DNA of 64,000 bases. It comes from Mayamaea pseudoterrestris (lineage: Eukaryota). A program made the translations under genes and the position numbers. Positions 48,714 through 60,254 of the stretch are shown one piece after another. Position 1 is the first letter of the stretch, and each line of letters begins with the position of its first letter. The notes beneath the pieces are model-generated. The model saw only the letters and a list, made by a program, of their open reading frames with translations, was not told the origin of the DNA and searched no databases. Location of the stretch: positions 248,001 to 312,000 of the forward strand of contig BROI01000015.1 of NCBI GenBank assembly GCA_027923505.1, in the 5' to 3' direction.

Positions 48714-50129
48714 ATGGCATCCATTAGTCGCAATACCTACAATGCATCGAGCTCGCATCGTCGTGACATTGAAATGAGTGATGACTCCGACGAATCGGAG
48801 GATGAAGAAACTCGCTTGCAGCGCGAGGAGGATGAGCAGGAACGCCTCCTTTCGCGTCAGCACGGAGAAGCTGCCGAAGCACCCAGCTCCAAGCGAGGCC
48901 CGCAGACGGCCGAGGAGATTGAAGCCGAATATGAAAAGAATAAGAATTCAGTCAAGCGAATCAAGCGTCCGACATTGACGGTTGACATGATGACTGGCGT
49001 TAATGGGCTCGTTCGGATTCCAGTCGAGTTCAAGCATATTTCCTTTCGCAACGAAAAGTCGATTGCATCTGCAGCCGCTTATAGTCTCAAGCTCATGGAG
49101 AGCTACAAGAAATTTTGCTTTGACTTGATGCCAAGCATGGCATTTGAGGATGTCGTTTTGAAGATTGAAAAGGAGGGAGGATCAAAGCAACTCAAGGACT
49201 ACTTGCAGAATATGCGCAATGCTCAGCGCGACGAGTATTTGGAAGGCTTGTATGGGAAGGAAAAGGCGGAGCAATTTCTAGCTGATTTGCAGGGTCTTTA
49301 TGCGGAGCAGCATGCGGCGGCGGATGATGATGAATTTGGAGCCTCTGCCGAGTATGATCCGTCAATGTCAAATTCCGGTTTGGATGTCAGCGGCAACGGC
49401 ATGTCGGCTAATGCGGATATGTCCCCTTCGCCCACTGCAACTGCTACCGTCAATGTTGCGCGACAAGTGTCTTCGCCGAGTAACCGCACCGATATTCAGG
49501 AAGATGACGAAGAAGAGTTCGAGTTTGACGACGATGAGGTCGCTTTAAAAGGAGGGACGCTTGCCGGGGACGACAAGGAGCTTGCAGATGGAGCAACTAC
49601 TTTGCCAGCAAACAAGAAGCGACGTTTTGTGTTGGAGGATTCGAGTGATGAGGAGGAAGAAGGTGGCGATGATTTGGCCGCTCAGTGCACAAACGCTAAT
49701 GCTGCAGTGGCGTTGAATGTGGACGTTACCGACAAGAATGAAGATTCGCCTGACCAACTCAATATGAATGATGGGATTTCGGACGTCCACGGCGCTATCG
49801 AATTGGCTGAGGCTTCAACAGAACAAGCAAAGCCTGCCAACAAACTTTTGCCGACTTCCGATACGCGATCGTCGCCAGTCCAGCAGTCGCTAGCTTCGGC
49901 CACAAGTCGTCCAGCATATGACGATACGTCGTCTCCAAGCACCAGCGTGGTTGAACACAGGTCCGATTTGGCACAAACGCAACAAACTCAGTCGCAGACT
50001 ATGGCTACGACACAGTCGGATGAAACGGCCACCATTTTGGGCTCGGCGTTAACTGCTCTTTCGTCCGAGGATGAGGGAAACTATGCTGCTGCAGATGGAG
50101 AAGAGAAAGATGATAATTCATCGCCGTAG
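48714..50129 (+). CDS. TIPIN: Replication fork protection complex subunit Tipin/Csm3/Swi3-like
   Basis: KRIKRPTLTVDMMTGVNGL..FK..LKLMESYKKFCFDLMPSMAFEDVVLKIEK resembles the Swi3 domain, with acidic tails. Confidence 0.72.
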   Translation: MASISRNTYNASSSHRRDIEMSDDSDESEDEETRLQREEDEQERLLSRQHGEAAEAPSSKRGPQTAEEIEAEYEKNKNSVKRIKRPTLTVDMMTGVNGLVRIPVEFKHISFRNEKSIASAAAYSLKLMESYKKFCFDLMPSMAFEDVVLKIEKEGGSKQLKDYLQNMRNAQRDEYLEGLYGKEKAEQFLADLQGLYAEQHAAADDDEFGASAEYDPSMSNSGLDVSGNGMSANADMSPSPTATATVNVARQVSSPSNRTDIQEDDEEEFEFDDDEVALKGGTLAGDDKELADGATTLPANKKRRFVLEDSSDEEEEGGDDLAAQCTNANAAVALNVDVTDKNEDSPDQLNMNDGISDVHGAIELAEASTEQAKPANKLLPTSDTRSSPVQQSLASATSRPAYDDTSSPSTSVVEHRSDLAQTQQTQSQTMATTQSDETATILGSALTALSSEDEGNYAAADGEEKDDNSSP

Positions 50130-50207
50130 CTTAATACTAATATGTGTACAGCGTATACAGGTTGATAAATATCTATAATTTTGAATTTACTGTTAGGCAG
50201 TAGGCAA

Positions 50208-52452
50208 TCATCGTCGGTTTCCGCCGCTACGTGTACCATCGTCGTCATTAACCACGAAAGATCGGGGCACGACGCCATCCAGTACGATCCGCTTGGCAAT
50301 ACCGCGTAGATACTCGGCTTCGCTCGTGGACGGGTAGACAGGGTCTGTCCCTATAGTTCTCCGACTGTAGGCAAACAGATACTCCATGTGTCTCGGCAAG
50401 GAGGCGCTCCTCTTCGGCAAGTGTCCAAACAGTTTTGTGTAGAGAACGCAAGCGAATAAATAGGAGCCTGACAAGGAGCTATGCATATCATCGCTGAGGA
50501 AAAGCTTTTGCCACATGCTGTAGTTCTCCTCCCATATTAACAGGTATGCCAATCCGATTGGGACAACAATGGGAGCTTGGTCGGTTGGCAGCTCGGCCGA
50601 CAGCGACAAAACATATTCCTCGACTCCTTGGTAAATCATTTTTGCAAAAGTGGGCACATCTTGAAGACCTGGACAGATTGAGCGTTGTAGAAAAAGAATA
50701 AGCGAAACACTACGGCAAATATTACATTTGCAGTCACGACGCGGAGGACAACCGCAATATTCAGCGCACACATCAACTCATGAACAAGCACGCTTCACAT
50801 GACACATTCTCACCAGTCATGTTGGAATGGGACGACCAAAAGGCATGCGTATCGACAATAACGGGCACCGATCCCGACTGCAGGAGTAGCGGCGCGTAAA
50901 CACTGACTAAAGCATCTGTCGTATCGTACCGGGCGCTCCCCGAGGAAGCGGCCATGCGCTTGCTTTGGTCCGCCAATACGACAAAGTCCCACTTCGGCAC
51001 GTTACTGCTTGAGCTGTACTTGTTTGTGGTGATGAAGCGAAGGTAATTTTCGTCGACCAAGCAGGGGTTGTTGCCATCATCCGAGTACGCTCTATTGCCA
51101 TTACCATATTCAAGGTAATTGTCGTAACCCGCGATCAGTTGGTGAACGGAGCAGGCTCCATAGTCGTAAAGTGGACGTGAATCGTTGCTGCCGCTGGTAA
51201 CATCGTCAGGAGTCGAGTAGTAATCATCTTGCTCCTCGTTGGAATAAATGAGTGCTTCATTCGTTTGCCAGCGGTAGTACATGCCATTGCCAGACAACAA
51301 TACAGTGGCCTATGCGTAGGAAACAGAAGAGTTAGCCAAATAATGAAGAGTGAGAATCATAGAATAAATATGCCATGTACAAGAGTGAGTCGCTTCGCGT
51401 CGACGCACCAAGCTTCCACCACTCCGTAGACAAGAGTCTTGAATGACTTGTCCTCCACTCATGACTTCTAGTAGTCGAGGTATATCATTGACAAATAGAT
51501 ATGATGTCCCGACGAAAGCCACTGTAATTTGCTCGTCCCAATTAATGTTTGAAAAGAATCGCAACTGATTCATTGTGCCATAGGTCAGTCCTGCTGCCAT
51601 GCCAACGAATAGTATCATGTAAACAATCGCGCTACTGCATACAAACACTCCCAATCGCTGCGTCCATGACGATGCATTGTCATTTGTTGCAGTTTGGTCG
51701 TTCCTTTCGGGACTAGTAGTGGTAATGCAGAGAGGCGCTCTGCCCGTATTCTTTGAGGGTTTTGGTTTCGAAGGCTGCAGCAGATCATCATCCTTGGTTG
51801 AATCGGCGCCACCAAGCCTATTTCGCGCAACCGTCCACCAGCTTTGTGGACCTTGCCAAAAAATCCCGTCGCTTTCATCGTTGTTACTATTCTTATGAGG
51901 CTTTCTCTTAGTTTGATGATCTTTCATGAAGAAATAGTATGGCGCTGCTGCAGCAGCTGACTCGTTGGCATTGGCGCGATTAGAATATCGTTGATTGCTG
52001 CTTCTGGGCGTTTTTGCTCCATGCGGAGGTGTAAAAATCTTTGCTTGTCCCGTTCCAGTATAGTTCTTGCTGGAATGCACCGGCGAAGACCAGTCTTTGG
52101 CGTGTAGCTGCTGCTGCTGATTGGCTCTATCCACCGTAAAGCTATCCTGCGAGGCAATGGTACTCTCCATATCCGTATGCATTCGACTCGGGGAGCCATC
52201 AGATCGATCATCCGTCACTCCTGTCGGAGCAGCCAATGCCCAGTCGTCGGATCGAAGGCCACTGTCTTCATTTGCAGCATGATAGGAGTGGTAGAGGCTG
52301 CTCGGTGGAATTAAATGTCGCTCATGGTGATTGCTGCTTGGTTTGCTTGGTATTTTATCTGCAGCAACTGCGACTGACGATCTATCAGATGCATTCTTAC
52401 GATTCTGCGACGATTTGGGCGTTGCTTCGCCGCGGCGAAACAGATTCATCAT
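50208..52452 (-). CDS. Membrane-anchored SGNH-hydrolase-like protein (paralog A)
   Basis: TM segment followed by VAFVGTSYLFVNDIP, WDFVVLADQS and DDMHSS. Introns 51408-51310 and 50813-50669 restore alignment with paralog B. Confidence 0.78.
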
Positions 52453-52662
52453 GGTGCAAGTGGTCTTGTGTGAGCGACGAGATGGATGAGCGACGAGGAA
52501 ACCGTTTGGCGCGAGGTCTCGTTGCGGCAATGAAAAGTGCCCGTTCAAATCTTTGACTTACTCTGCGACATGGAAAAGCGTGCCGGGCAGTTCAAATAAT
52601 ATTCCGACGAGCGACATCACCATGACAATTTGGATGATGATGTTTGCCGTCGCTAACAGTAT

Positions 52663-53964
52663 ATGCATCATGCTGCGCCTCTAGACTATTGCAGTGGCCG
52701 AAACGTAGAATTGAATTGGATCACAATGATTCCTCGATCAGTCGGCCGCATCGAATTGTCGCAATCGCCATGGTTTCCGCTAGCAGCCACCTCGGCCATT
52801 CTACTCTTGGCGCTCATTGCGGCGTGCAGTTTACCAGGAACGACTCGGCCGTACTATCATATTGCATTCATTGGAAACAGCATGCAGTACTACAATGATT
52901 TGCCGAGGTTCATGGAAGCTCTATCGGATTATCACTTGACGCAGGATTCATGCCTACATGGCGACGCTACACTTCAATCGATTCTACTGACAGGCAATGG
53001 CATGTACCAGATCTGGAAAGATTCTGGAAGTGCGAGAGTCTATAATGATGATGCGACTATACATGACTTTGGAGCATGTACCGTTCCGCAACTCTTGTTC
53101 GGCTATGATCAAGACTTGCAAGATCGCGTCGACTCCAATAACTACAATCAGCAACAGCAGCAAGACGACCAGCTACAACAGCAACTCAATGACGATTTCG
53201 CAACATTCAACGACTTTAAGAATCCATGCGTCATGGACGAAAATTACTACTATTGGCTACAGCAAAATAGGTTCAATGTCACAGCTCCGCCACACTACGA
53301 CTTTGTCGTCATCAATGACAATACTCGCTCACCCGCTCGGACGGAAACAAGACAAGCCTCTCTCCAGGTTCTGGCGGAGACGTATGTTCCCATGCTTTTG
53401 CAAACTACATCGACTCCTATTCTGATATGTACCTACGGTTACAACAGTCCCTACCGAGACATGGGTGGATTGTCGACGGTTCCAGAATTCACGTCCTATA
53501 CTTATCAGGGATACTTGGAGTATACGCAGCTACTGGCAAATTCCCTTCCGCGATGGCAAAAGCCGCTCATCAGTCCCGTTTGCTTGGCCTTTCTCATCGT
53601 TCACGAAGACAACTACGGTCTTTGGAAGGAGCTCTTCGGAGTCGACAAGGTTCATGCATCACCCATGGGCACCTACTTGCAAGGCTTGTGCATTTATGCA
53701 ACCATGTACGGTGCATTACCGCCGCAAAGTATTGCCATTCGACCGGACATGTCGTACTTGTTTCTCAATGTAAGGCGCTTTCAGCCGGGCATTCACCGGC
53801 GGAGCCCTTTTCCAACGCAAGAGCAAGCCTCATACTTGTATCACGTCGCAGATCGAGCGTGCGTTCACGGGCATCTGCCAAGGACGTTGACCCTGTTCAA
53901 ACACAAGGAGAGTGTGGACTATGAGCCGCATGATGACTTGTATCGAATCGATGACTTGTTCTAA
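52663..53964 (+). CDS. SGNH-hydrolase-like protein (paralog B)
   Basis: Hydrophobic N-terminus, IAFIGNSMQYYNDLP (block I), YDFVVINDNT and DKVHAS (DxxH). Start may be 52726. Confidence 0.8.
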   Translation: MHHAAPLDYCSGRNVELNWITMIPRSVGRIELSQSPWFPLAATSAILLLALIAACSLPGTTRPYYHIAFIGNSMQYYNDLPRFMEALSDYHLTQDSCLHGDATLQSILLTGNGMYQIWKDSGSARVYNDDATIHDFGACTVPQLLFGYDQDLQDRVDSNNYNQQQQQDDQLQQQLNDDFATFNDFKNPCVMDENYYYWLQQNRFNVTAPPHYDFVVINDNTRSPARTETRQASLQVLAETYVPMLLQTTSTPILICTYGYNSPYRDMGGLSTVPEFTSYTYQGYLEYTQLLANSLPRWQKPLISPVCLAFLIVHEDNYGLWKELFGVDKVHASPMGTYLQGLCIYATMYGALPPQSIAIRPDMSYLFLNVRRFQPGIHRRSPFPTQEQASYLYHVADRACVHGHLPRTLTLFKHKESVDYEPHDDLYRIDDLF

Positions 53965-54442
53965 TGCCAAGTTGGTGGTGGGAACAGTATACCATTGAAA
54001 CATCTATGCATACAAGTTTAATAATAAATCAATGAAACTTAAACTGATCTTTTATATGCATGTATGCCCATGACAACTGCTATCTTGGTGGGATGCTACT
54101 TTTGCTGAGCCACGTACCGTATGGTTAAAACGGGTAAGCAACATTGTCCATATTTCCCACGGGGTGCCCACGGGGCGTCCGCAAGAACTTGCAAAGCTAC
54201 TCGAGCGAACATCCTCGGCGGGTGGAGGAAAAATTACTGGGCGAATGGTGCGCGAGTCTTTGGAGTGCAGGAAGAGGACTGTGGACGCGTGGGTGACAAA
54301 GCGCTTACACAAGTTGTGCCAAAAAGTTTGACACAAGTTTAACTAATTCTTGTTGCTTTTATGTCAATATTTACTTAATGCTAGCTAGCGATTGAAAGCT
54401 GACATAAAAATCTAAATCGATAAATAATAGATGCTGCAATGG

Positions 54443-56992
54443 TCATGTCGTCATGGTCATTGATGCAAAGTCTATCGTTGGTGGAGCAACATGTTCCTCA
54501 GGTTCATGCCATACCGACTGGGTTATTAAACCTTTGTCGTTCGTCGTGTAAGTTGTTATTGAAACAGAGCCAACAACGGATTCATTGAGCACTGATTGGC
54601 ACCTGCCGTTCGACCAAAGTCCTTCCTCGATAACTACGCCAGCGGCATCTCGCTTCACTCCTACGCCGTGGAACAATCCTTTCTCAAATTCGCCCTCGTA
54701 CGAGAGTTGTTCCCCAGTATGCTCCCGCCAGCTGAGAATTCCTTTGCCATGGTACTTGCCACTATCCCATTCACCCTCGTACAAGCCGCTGCCGTGTTCA
54801 AAGACGAATTTGCCGTGCCCCGAGCGAGCCCCTTCCGCAAACGAGCCTTCGTACCGATCGCCCGATGGATACACAAACACACCGTGACCATGCCGCAAGT
54901 CATTCAAGTAGTTGCCGACAAATGTTCGACCATCATTCCAAACATACCGTCCAGGCCCATGTCGCAGGTTCTTGTGGTACTCTCCTTCGTGAAAATCGCC
55001 TTGAGGAGTGAATAAACATCTGCCGTGGCCCTCTTTGTCGCCATTCGCCCAGAAGCCTTCATAAATCCGTTTGTCGCCGACGTAAACCATGCGCCCTACT
55101 CCATGGGGCAGCCGCGTCTGCTTGGCAACAATCCCAGTGAATTTGCCCGAGTCGCCTTGCGAGTCCGTCACAAGTTCGTCAACGACTGCTTCGCATGCGA
55201 TGTCGGGTAAAGCGTCATCTTTTCCAACCTCGCCAGGGTTCCAAGCTCGAAGCAACGTAGCAGGCGAAATGGTGTCGCTGATACTTGTCTCTGTGGGTGT
55301 CGTTGTAGATGTCGGTTCCGCTTTTGGTTGTTGGTCATCTGACTCCAACGGCGCGTCGCTCTTGATGGAATTCATCATCGCCTGGAGCGAGTTTTTAGTT
55401 GGTTCGTCCGCACTGTCCTCATCATCGCCAGTAACAGCTACTTCTGCAAGCAACACTTTGCCTTGACTATCAGCTCGTTGCCCACTTATCCACTCGCCAT
55501 CGTAAACGACGATGCCCGATGCACTCGTCTCAATACCATGGCCATGCGCCACACCTGCCTCAAAATGTCCAGCGTATGTACCACCATCTCGTTGCACCAG
55601 TGTACCAAGACCGCAATATAAGCCATTCTTCCATTCGCCTTCATACACTGACCCGTCAGCAAAGACGAAGCGCCCACGACCATCACGCTTCCCTTGCTCA
55701 AAATTGCCTTCATAAAAGTCGTCATTCGGATACATGAACCGACCATGTCCATGACGAAGATTTTGACAAAACTCGCCTTGGTAGTGCCGTCCATCTGCCC
55801 AAACATACTGCCCCTGTCCGTGCCGATGGCCATGATCGAATTCGCCGTTGTAAACGTCACCGTTTTGCCATTCGAGTCGCCCTTGGCCATGCAAGTGTCC
55901 GGGCGCAGCAAAGCAACCATCATATGATTTAATAGGTCCTTGCTTGTAGTCAAGCGATCCACTTCCAACAGGACAAAGTTGAATGCTGTCCCAGAGGCCT
56001 CTATACAACGCCAAGTCGCCCGTCTGCAAGTCATGCCAATCTTGATTTTGAACGACGATAATGTTGCTCGGTGCCTTGTTGCTGTTGCCTTCGCCTAAAG
56101 TCGTTCCGTTGTATGCAGTCTTCTTCTTTACTGGCTGCCCATCTCGCCATTCGCCATCATGCTGAACTGCTCCGTCGATGGAACCGCCAAATAGCTTGCC
56201 AATGCCATGTGGCTTGCCGTCGTGAAAGTTACCAGTGTAAATGTAGTCGCAACCATCCTGCTGATACTTGTAAACGCCTTTGCCATGATAGACTCCATTG
56301 CGCCATTCTCCTTCATATGAAACAGTCGGAGTAAAGTATGTACCGTAGCCAGAACGATGGTTTCGTTCAAAACTTCCCTGGTAGAGTGCACCGTCAGCCC
56401 AAGCAAAGCTTCCCTGCCCGTGTCGCAAGTCACGTTCATATTGGCCTGTATATTGATGACCACTTTGCTTCCACTTCATTACTCCAGTACCATGTCGAAG
56501 ACTTTGCTGAACGGATCCGTGGTAAACGTCGCCGTTGCGGTAAAGCAAGTGAGCGTCCTCGCCGTCCCAGTGACCATTGCGCCACGGTCCAGTATACTCT
56601 AGTGGAAGCATGGACGTGTCAGCTGCATTGGTTGTCGAGCTTTTATTGTCGTCGTGCTCGTTTTCTTGCTCTTGGTAGACCATGGTGCCGGTAGCCGATT
56701 CTCTCTCCGTGTTGCTATCGTCGAAACCATCGGCATTCGTCAAGGAAAGCTGATCTGTGTGAGGCAGCAGGAGCGACGTGGAAGAATCATTCTCAGGTTC
56801 GTTCGTCGCAATCACTGGTCCCGTGTACTTTCCTGTCCGACCAAGAGCATCTTTCAAGATCATTTCCGAAACTATTCGAAGAGTCATTGAGCTTGCCGCG
56901 TCTTTTGGGTTGTCGTCAGTGCAAGTCTCTTGCTGCTCCTCATGCAGTGGTGGCAGAATGGATGGAGCTTCCTGTTCGTCAGATGACATCAT
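54443..56992 (-). CDS. MORN-repeat protein (three MORN clusters)
   Basis: Many YxGx[WF]xxGxxHGxG units. Confidence 0.92.
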   Translation of the reverse strand: MMSSDEQEAPSILPPLHEEQQETCTDDNPKDAASSMTLRIVSEMILKDALGRTGKYTGPVIATNEPENDSSTSLLLPHTDQLSLTNADGFDDSNTERESATGTMVYQEQENEHDDNKSSTTNAADTSMLPLEYTGPWRNGHWDGEDAHLLYRNGDVYHGSVQQSLRHGTGVMKWKQSGHQYTGQYERDLRHGQGSFAWADGALYQGSFERNHRSGYGTYFTPTVSYEGEWRNGVYHGKGVYKYQQDGCDYIYTGNFHDGKPHGIGKLFGGSIDGAVQHDGEWRDGQPVKKKTAYNGTTLGEGNSNKAPSNIIVVQNQDWHDLQTGDLALYRGLWDSIQLCPVGSGSLDYKQGPIKSYDGCFAAPGHLHGQGRLEWQNGDVYNGEFDHGHRHGQGQYVWADGRHYQGEFCQNLRHGHGRFMYPNDDFYEGNFEQGKRDGRGRFVFADGSVYEGEWKNGLYCGLGTLVQRDGGTYAGHFEAGVAHGHGIETSASGIVVYDGEWISGQRADSQGKVLLAEVAVTGDDEDSADEPTKNSLQAMMNSIKSDAPLESDDQQPKAEPTSTTTPTETSISDTISPATLLRAWNPGEVGKDDALPDIACEAVVDELVTDSQGDSGKFTGIVAKQTRLPHGVGRMVYVGDKRIYEGFWANGDKEGHGRCLFTPQGDFHEGEYHKNLRHGPGRYVWNDGRTFVGNYLNDLRHGHGVFVYPSGDRYEGSFAEGARSGHGKFVFEHGSGLYEGEWDSGKYHGKGILSWREHTGEQLSYEGEFEKGLFHGVGVKRDAAGVVIEEGLWSNGRCQSVLNESVVGSVSITTYTTNDKGLITQSVWHEPEEHVAPPTIDFASMTMTT

Positions 56993-57667
56993 GATTCCGT
57001 AATAGATGACGGTATGAAAGTTACTGATGAACTTGATGTTACACTGATGCAAACGGAGAGACTTGCTGCCGCCGCCGCTTTATTTTCTTGTGAATGGCGA
57101 TGGATGAATCGAACGAGGCGCGACGGCGCGGCAAAATGACGAATGTCGCAGCACGACTCATTGAAGTGGATGGGTCATTTCGGAGTCTCGTTTGTACACT
57201 CTGCTTCATAGTTATGAAACTGGCACTTTCCCATGTCGCGGATCCACTCTTGCCTCGTGCTTGCTTGCACGGCAGGTCAATGGTGCGAGTTGCGAGTATA
57301 TTATGCAGTATATAGCAACCAAAGGACGATTGTCTTGCTTGCAAGCCTGCTCGCTTATCAAAATCTACCAACTATTGATGCTGCTTGAACAAATTGTTGA
57401 CTGCTGCTTTTTCATCGCTTGATATTTCTAAATTTCTAAAGGATTTGCCGGAGAAAGTCGGCAAACAAATCGATCCAATTTCGCTGTCAATTGTCGCGCA
57501 TTTAAACGTGTTACAAACGTTCAACTGGATCAAAAAGTCGAAAATTCTTACTTGGTGTCCTCACCTACCGATTCGCGTACACAATCTCCGGTCCTGCTTG
57601 ACTTTACAAGCAGCATTTGTTTCGCCACGCCGTCACGGAACAACATCCCATTGCCCCTTTAAGAATC

Positions 57668-60208
57668 ATGTCCTCTACCGATGATAGTATGACAATGAGT
57701 CCGCAAGTCACAGAAGCTGCAGAAGACTATTCTTCGCCTGCTCCAGCTGCATCACCATCGATGGAAGATCCAAACGTTCTCTCGTCGGTTCTTCAGGATG
57801 CTTTGGGAATTACTCCAACAGGCACTTGTCTTCGACACCCTAATTGTCCAGTCATGATGCTTGATGGACAACGCATCATGAGCTGTCGGGTTTGCTTTAG
57901 CGAGGAAAAGAGTGTAGGAATAACGCAACGAAAGTCTTTTTCAGCCGTTGTTCATCAGTTGCAGCGCATGAAACCAGAGTCGCAAACTTCCTTGGTGTCA
58001 ACCGACTCGACGGAAGGAGCAAGCATGGAAGTCACGGCAGAAGCAGCTGCAACGCAAATTCATCCAGCGACAACAAACGCATCATCATCGTCAACAAATG
58101 CGGATACAAGCAGTACACTTGCCTTTCAGCAACCGCAGGCGCTTGAATCCATCATGAAACGTCTTTCACAGGTGCAAAACTGGATGCTTCGTCAGAAGGA
58201 AAAAGAAGTCATGAGTCTGCAGCTGACGATTCATCGCTTGGAGCAAAGACTCAAGGATTCTGAAACGACGGTTGACGAGCAAAAGCAAACCATCAAGGCT
58301 TTGCGCAAGACTATTCAGCAAGACTTGAAAATTATCAAGACCATGGCAACGCAAAAGGAAAAGGAACTGGAAGCGTCTGGACACTCGAGAACATCCACCA
58401 CCGGCATTGCCTTGCAAACGACGGGAACGGATGCAAAGAAGGCTCCTAGAGCGCCAGCTGGAGTCGCAAAGAAGACGTTGCTTGGGCAGGACGACGAAGA
58501 CGAGCAGGACGAGGATGTTTCCGAGTCGGAACTCTACTCGCCTATTCGCAAAGACAGGGACAGTAGTAAGAATCGCTCAACATTGACATCGCCACCAGAA
58601 CTTGGGTCGCCGTCCAACTCAACGAGTGTTGCTCGCTCCTACGCGACATCACCACCCAAGACGAGCGTAACGCAACGTCCAGGACTAGGAGCTGCCGCAG
58701 CAGCCATGTCGGGCAATGCATCCGGAGGAGGAGAGTCATCCATGCTTGAGCGCCGACGAGGTCGCAAGAATTTGCTGGAACGCACGCCGTCAACGCTGAG
58801 TCTGGATGCAAGCGTCACAATTCCCGAGGAGATTGGTGATCAAGATGAAGATGACGAGGAACTCTTGGCCAAGCTGCAGGAGCAAGTCGTAATGCTTGAT
58901 GACGATGATGACGACATGGATGACGAAGATAGTAGCGTGGATAGTCAAGAAAATAGCATTTTCGCACCGCCGCAGCGATCCGAGTACTGGACGGACGCGG
59001 ACATGAGCATGGCGAGTGATCCGAGCAAGATTTTTGCCAGCTTTCGAGGTGGATTGCTTGACATTCCGAAATCACCTCCTCCGAATAGACACGACAAGCG
59101 CGCGCCCAAGAAGAAGCTGCAAATTCAAATTGACAATCGCGAGAGAGGTATATTGCGAATTCCTTCCATGCGCACTGTTGTTCGAAGCAATAGTGGCATG
59201 AGCGATGCGACTGGAGTGTCCTTGCACAACGGCATTCCGATTGGTTTGATGTCGTCCGTTCTTCAAGCGACGCCGTTTGATTCGCAGTCCGATTTTTCAC
59301 AAAGCCCCGCTTCAACCGCAGGCAACGACGGCCCGCTTGCCATACATGGCAGTGCCCAGCGTTCCAATCATGCAAATCGCGGACCGCCGTCTGTGTTGAA
59401 TGTGCCAATGTTTAAGGGTTTGGACGATGATTCGCCTCAACGCATGAGCGCCGGAGGTGGCACGCATTTCATGCGAGACGACAGCGGCATGACTGGAACC
59501 TATTCTATTGAATCTTTGGAGACGTATCAGCAAGAGAGCGAGAGATCGTTGGTCGATACTAAGGCTTCAGCGACAGCCGTAGCTGCAAGTAAGCTTCTAG
59601 GTAAGCCTAAACACGATGACAAGGAACTATTCACCGTCAATCGTGAAAGCTGTCAGGACAAATATGGTGATCCGGGTATGTACACTGGAACAATATTGGC
59701 GACAGAAGGGTTGCCACACGGTAGAGGTACCATGAACTATGAATCTGGACGCGTATACGACGGCGAGTGGCTCACGGGTCACTGGAACGGCAAGGGGAAG
59801 CTGCTTAACCCCAACGGTGACGTTTATGAAGGCGAGTTTGTTTTCGATGCTCGGCATGGACATGGTGTCTATAAATGGGACAATGGCGACGTTTACGTTG
59901 GGCACTTTTCGCAAGACAAACGCCATGGCAAAGGAAAGTTCAGCTTCCACAATGGCAATGTGTACGAAGGAGAGTTTGTCGACGGCATGTTTGAAGGCTT
60001 TGGCAAGTATTCGTTTGCCGATGGCTACTATGAAGGCGACTGGAAGCAAGGGAGATACGATGGAAACGGCGAGCTGCGGTACACGAGTGGAGGCAAATAC
60101 ACTGGCGAATTCCGAAACTCGGTTGCACACGGATTTGGAATGGAAATTAGCCCTAGTGGTAAGACACGACGAGGCGTTTGGCAGGAGGGTAAGCCGGTAA
60201 ATTTTTAA
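57668..60208 (+). CDS. Coiled-coil protein with N-terminal Cys/His motif and C-terminal MORN repeats
   Basis: CLRHPNC..SCRVC, then a heptad region and ~7 C-terminal MORN repeats. Confidence 0.9.
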   Translation: MSSTDDSMTMSPQVTEAAEDYSSPAPAASPSMEDPNVLSSVLQDALGITPTGTCLRHPNCPVMMLDGQRIMSCRVCFSEEKSVGITQRKSFSAVVHQLQRMKPESQTSLVSTDSTEGASMEVTAEAAATQIHPATTNASSSSTNADTSSTLAFQQPQALESIMKRLSQVQNWMLRQKEKEVMSLQLTIHRLEQRLKDSETTVDEQKQTIKALRKTIQQDLKIIKTMATQKEKELEASGHSRTSTTGIALQTTGTDAKKAPRAPAGVAKKTLLGQDDEDEQDEDVSESELYSPIRKDRDSSKNRSTLTSPPELGSPSNSTSVARSYATSPPKTSVTQRPGLGAAAAAMSGNASGGGESSMLERRRGRKNLLERTPSTLSLDASVTIPEEIGDQDEDDEELLAKLQEQVVMLDDDDDDMDDEDSSVDSQENSIFAPPQRSEYWTDADMSMASDPSKIFASFRGGLLDIPKSPPPNRHDKRAPKKKLQIQIDNRERGILRIPSMRTVVRSNSGMSDATGVSLHNGIPIGLMSSVLQATPFDSQSDFSQSPASTAGNDGPLAIHGSAQRSNHANRGPPSVLNVPMFKGLDDDSPQRMSAGGGTHFMRDDSGMTGTYSIESLETYQQESERSLVDTKASATAVAASKLLGKPKHDDKELFTVNRESCQDKYGDPGMYTGTILATEGLPHGRGTMNYESGRVYDGEWLTGHWNGKGKLLNPNGDVYEGEFVFDARHGHGVYKWDNGDVYVGHFSQDKRHGKGKFSFHNGNVYEGEFVDGMFEGFGKYSFADGYYEGDWKQGRYDGNGELRYTSGGKYTGEFRNSVAHGFGMEISPSGKTRRGVWQEGKPVNF

Positions 60209-60254
60209 CATGCAGTTTCAAATACTGATTAATTCTACTATCGTAATGTTCCAT

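Noticed and set aside
59627..60211. Long antisense ORFs over MORN, ABCF, Rab8 and other genes
   Set aside because: Shadow ORFs of real coding strands.
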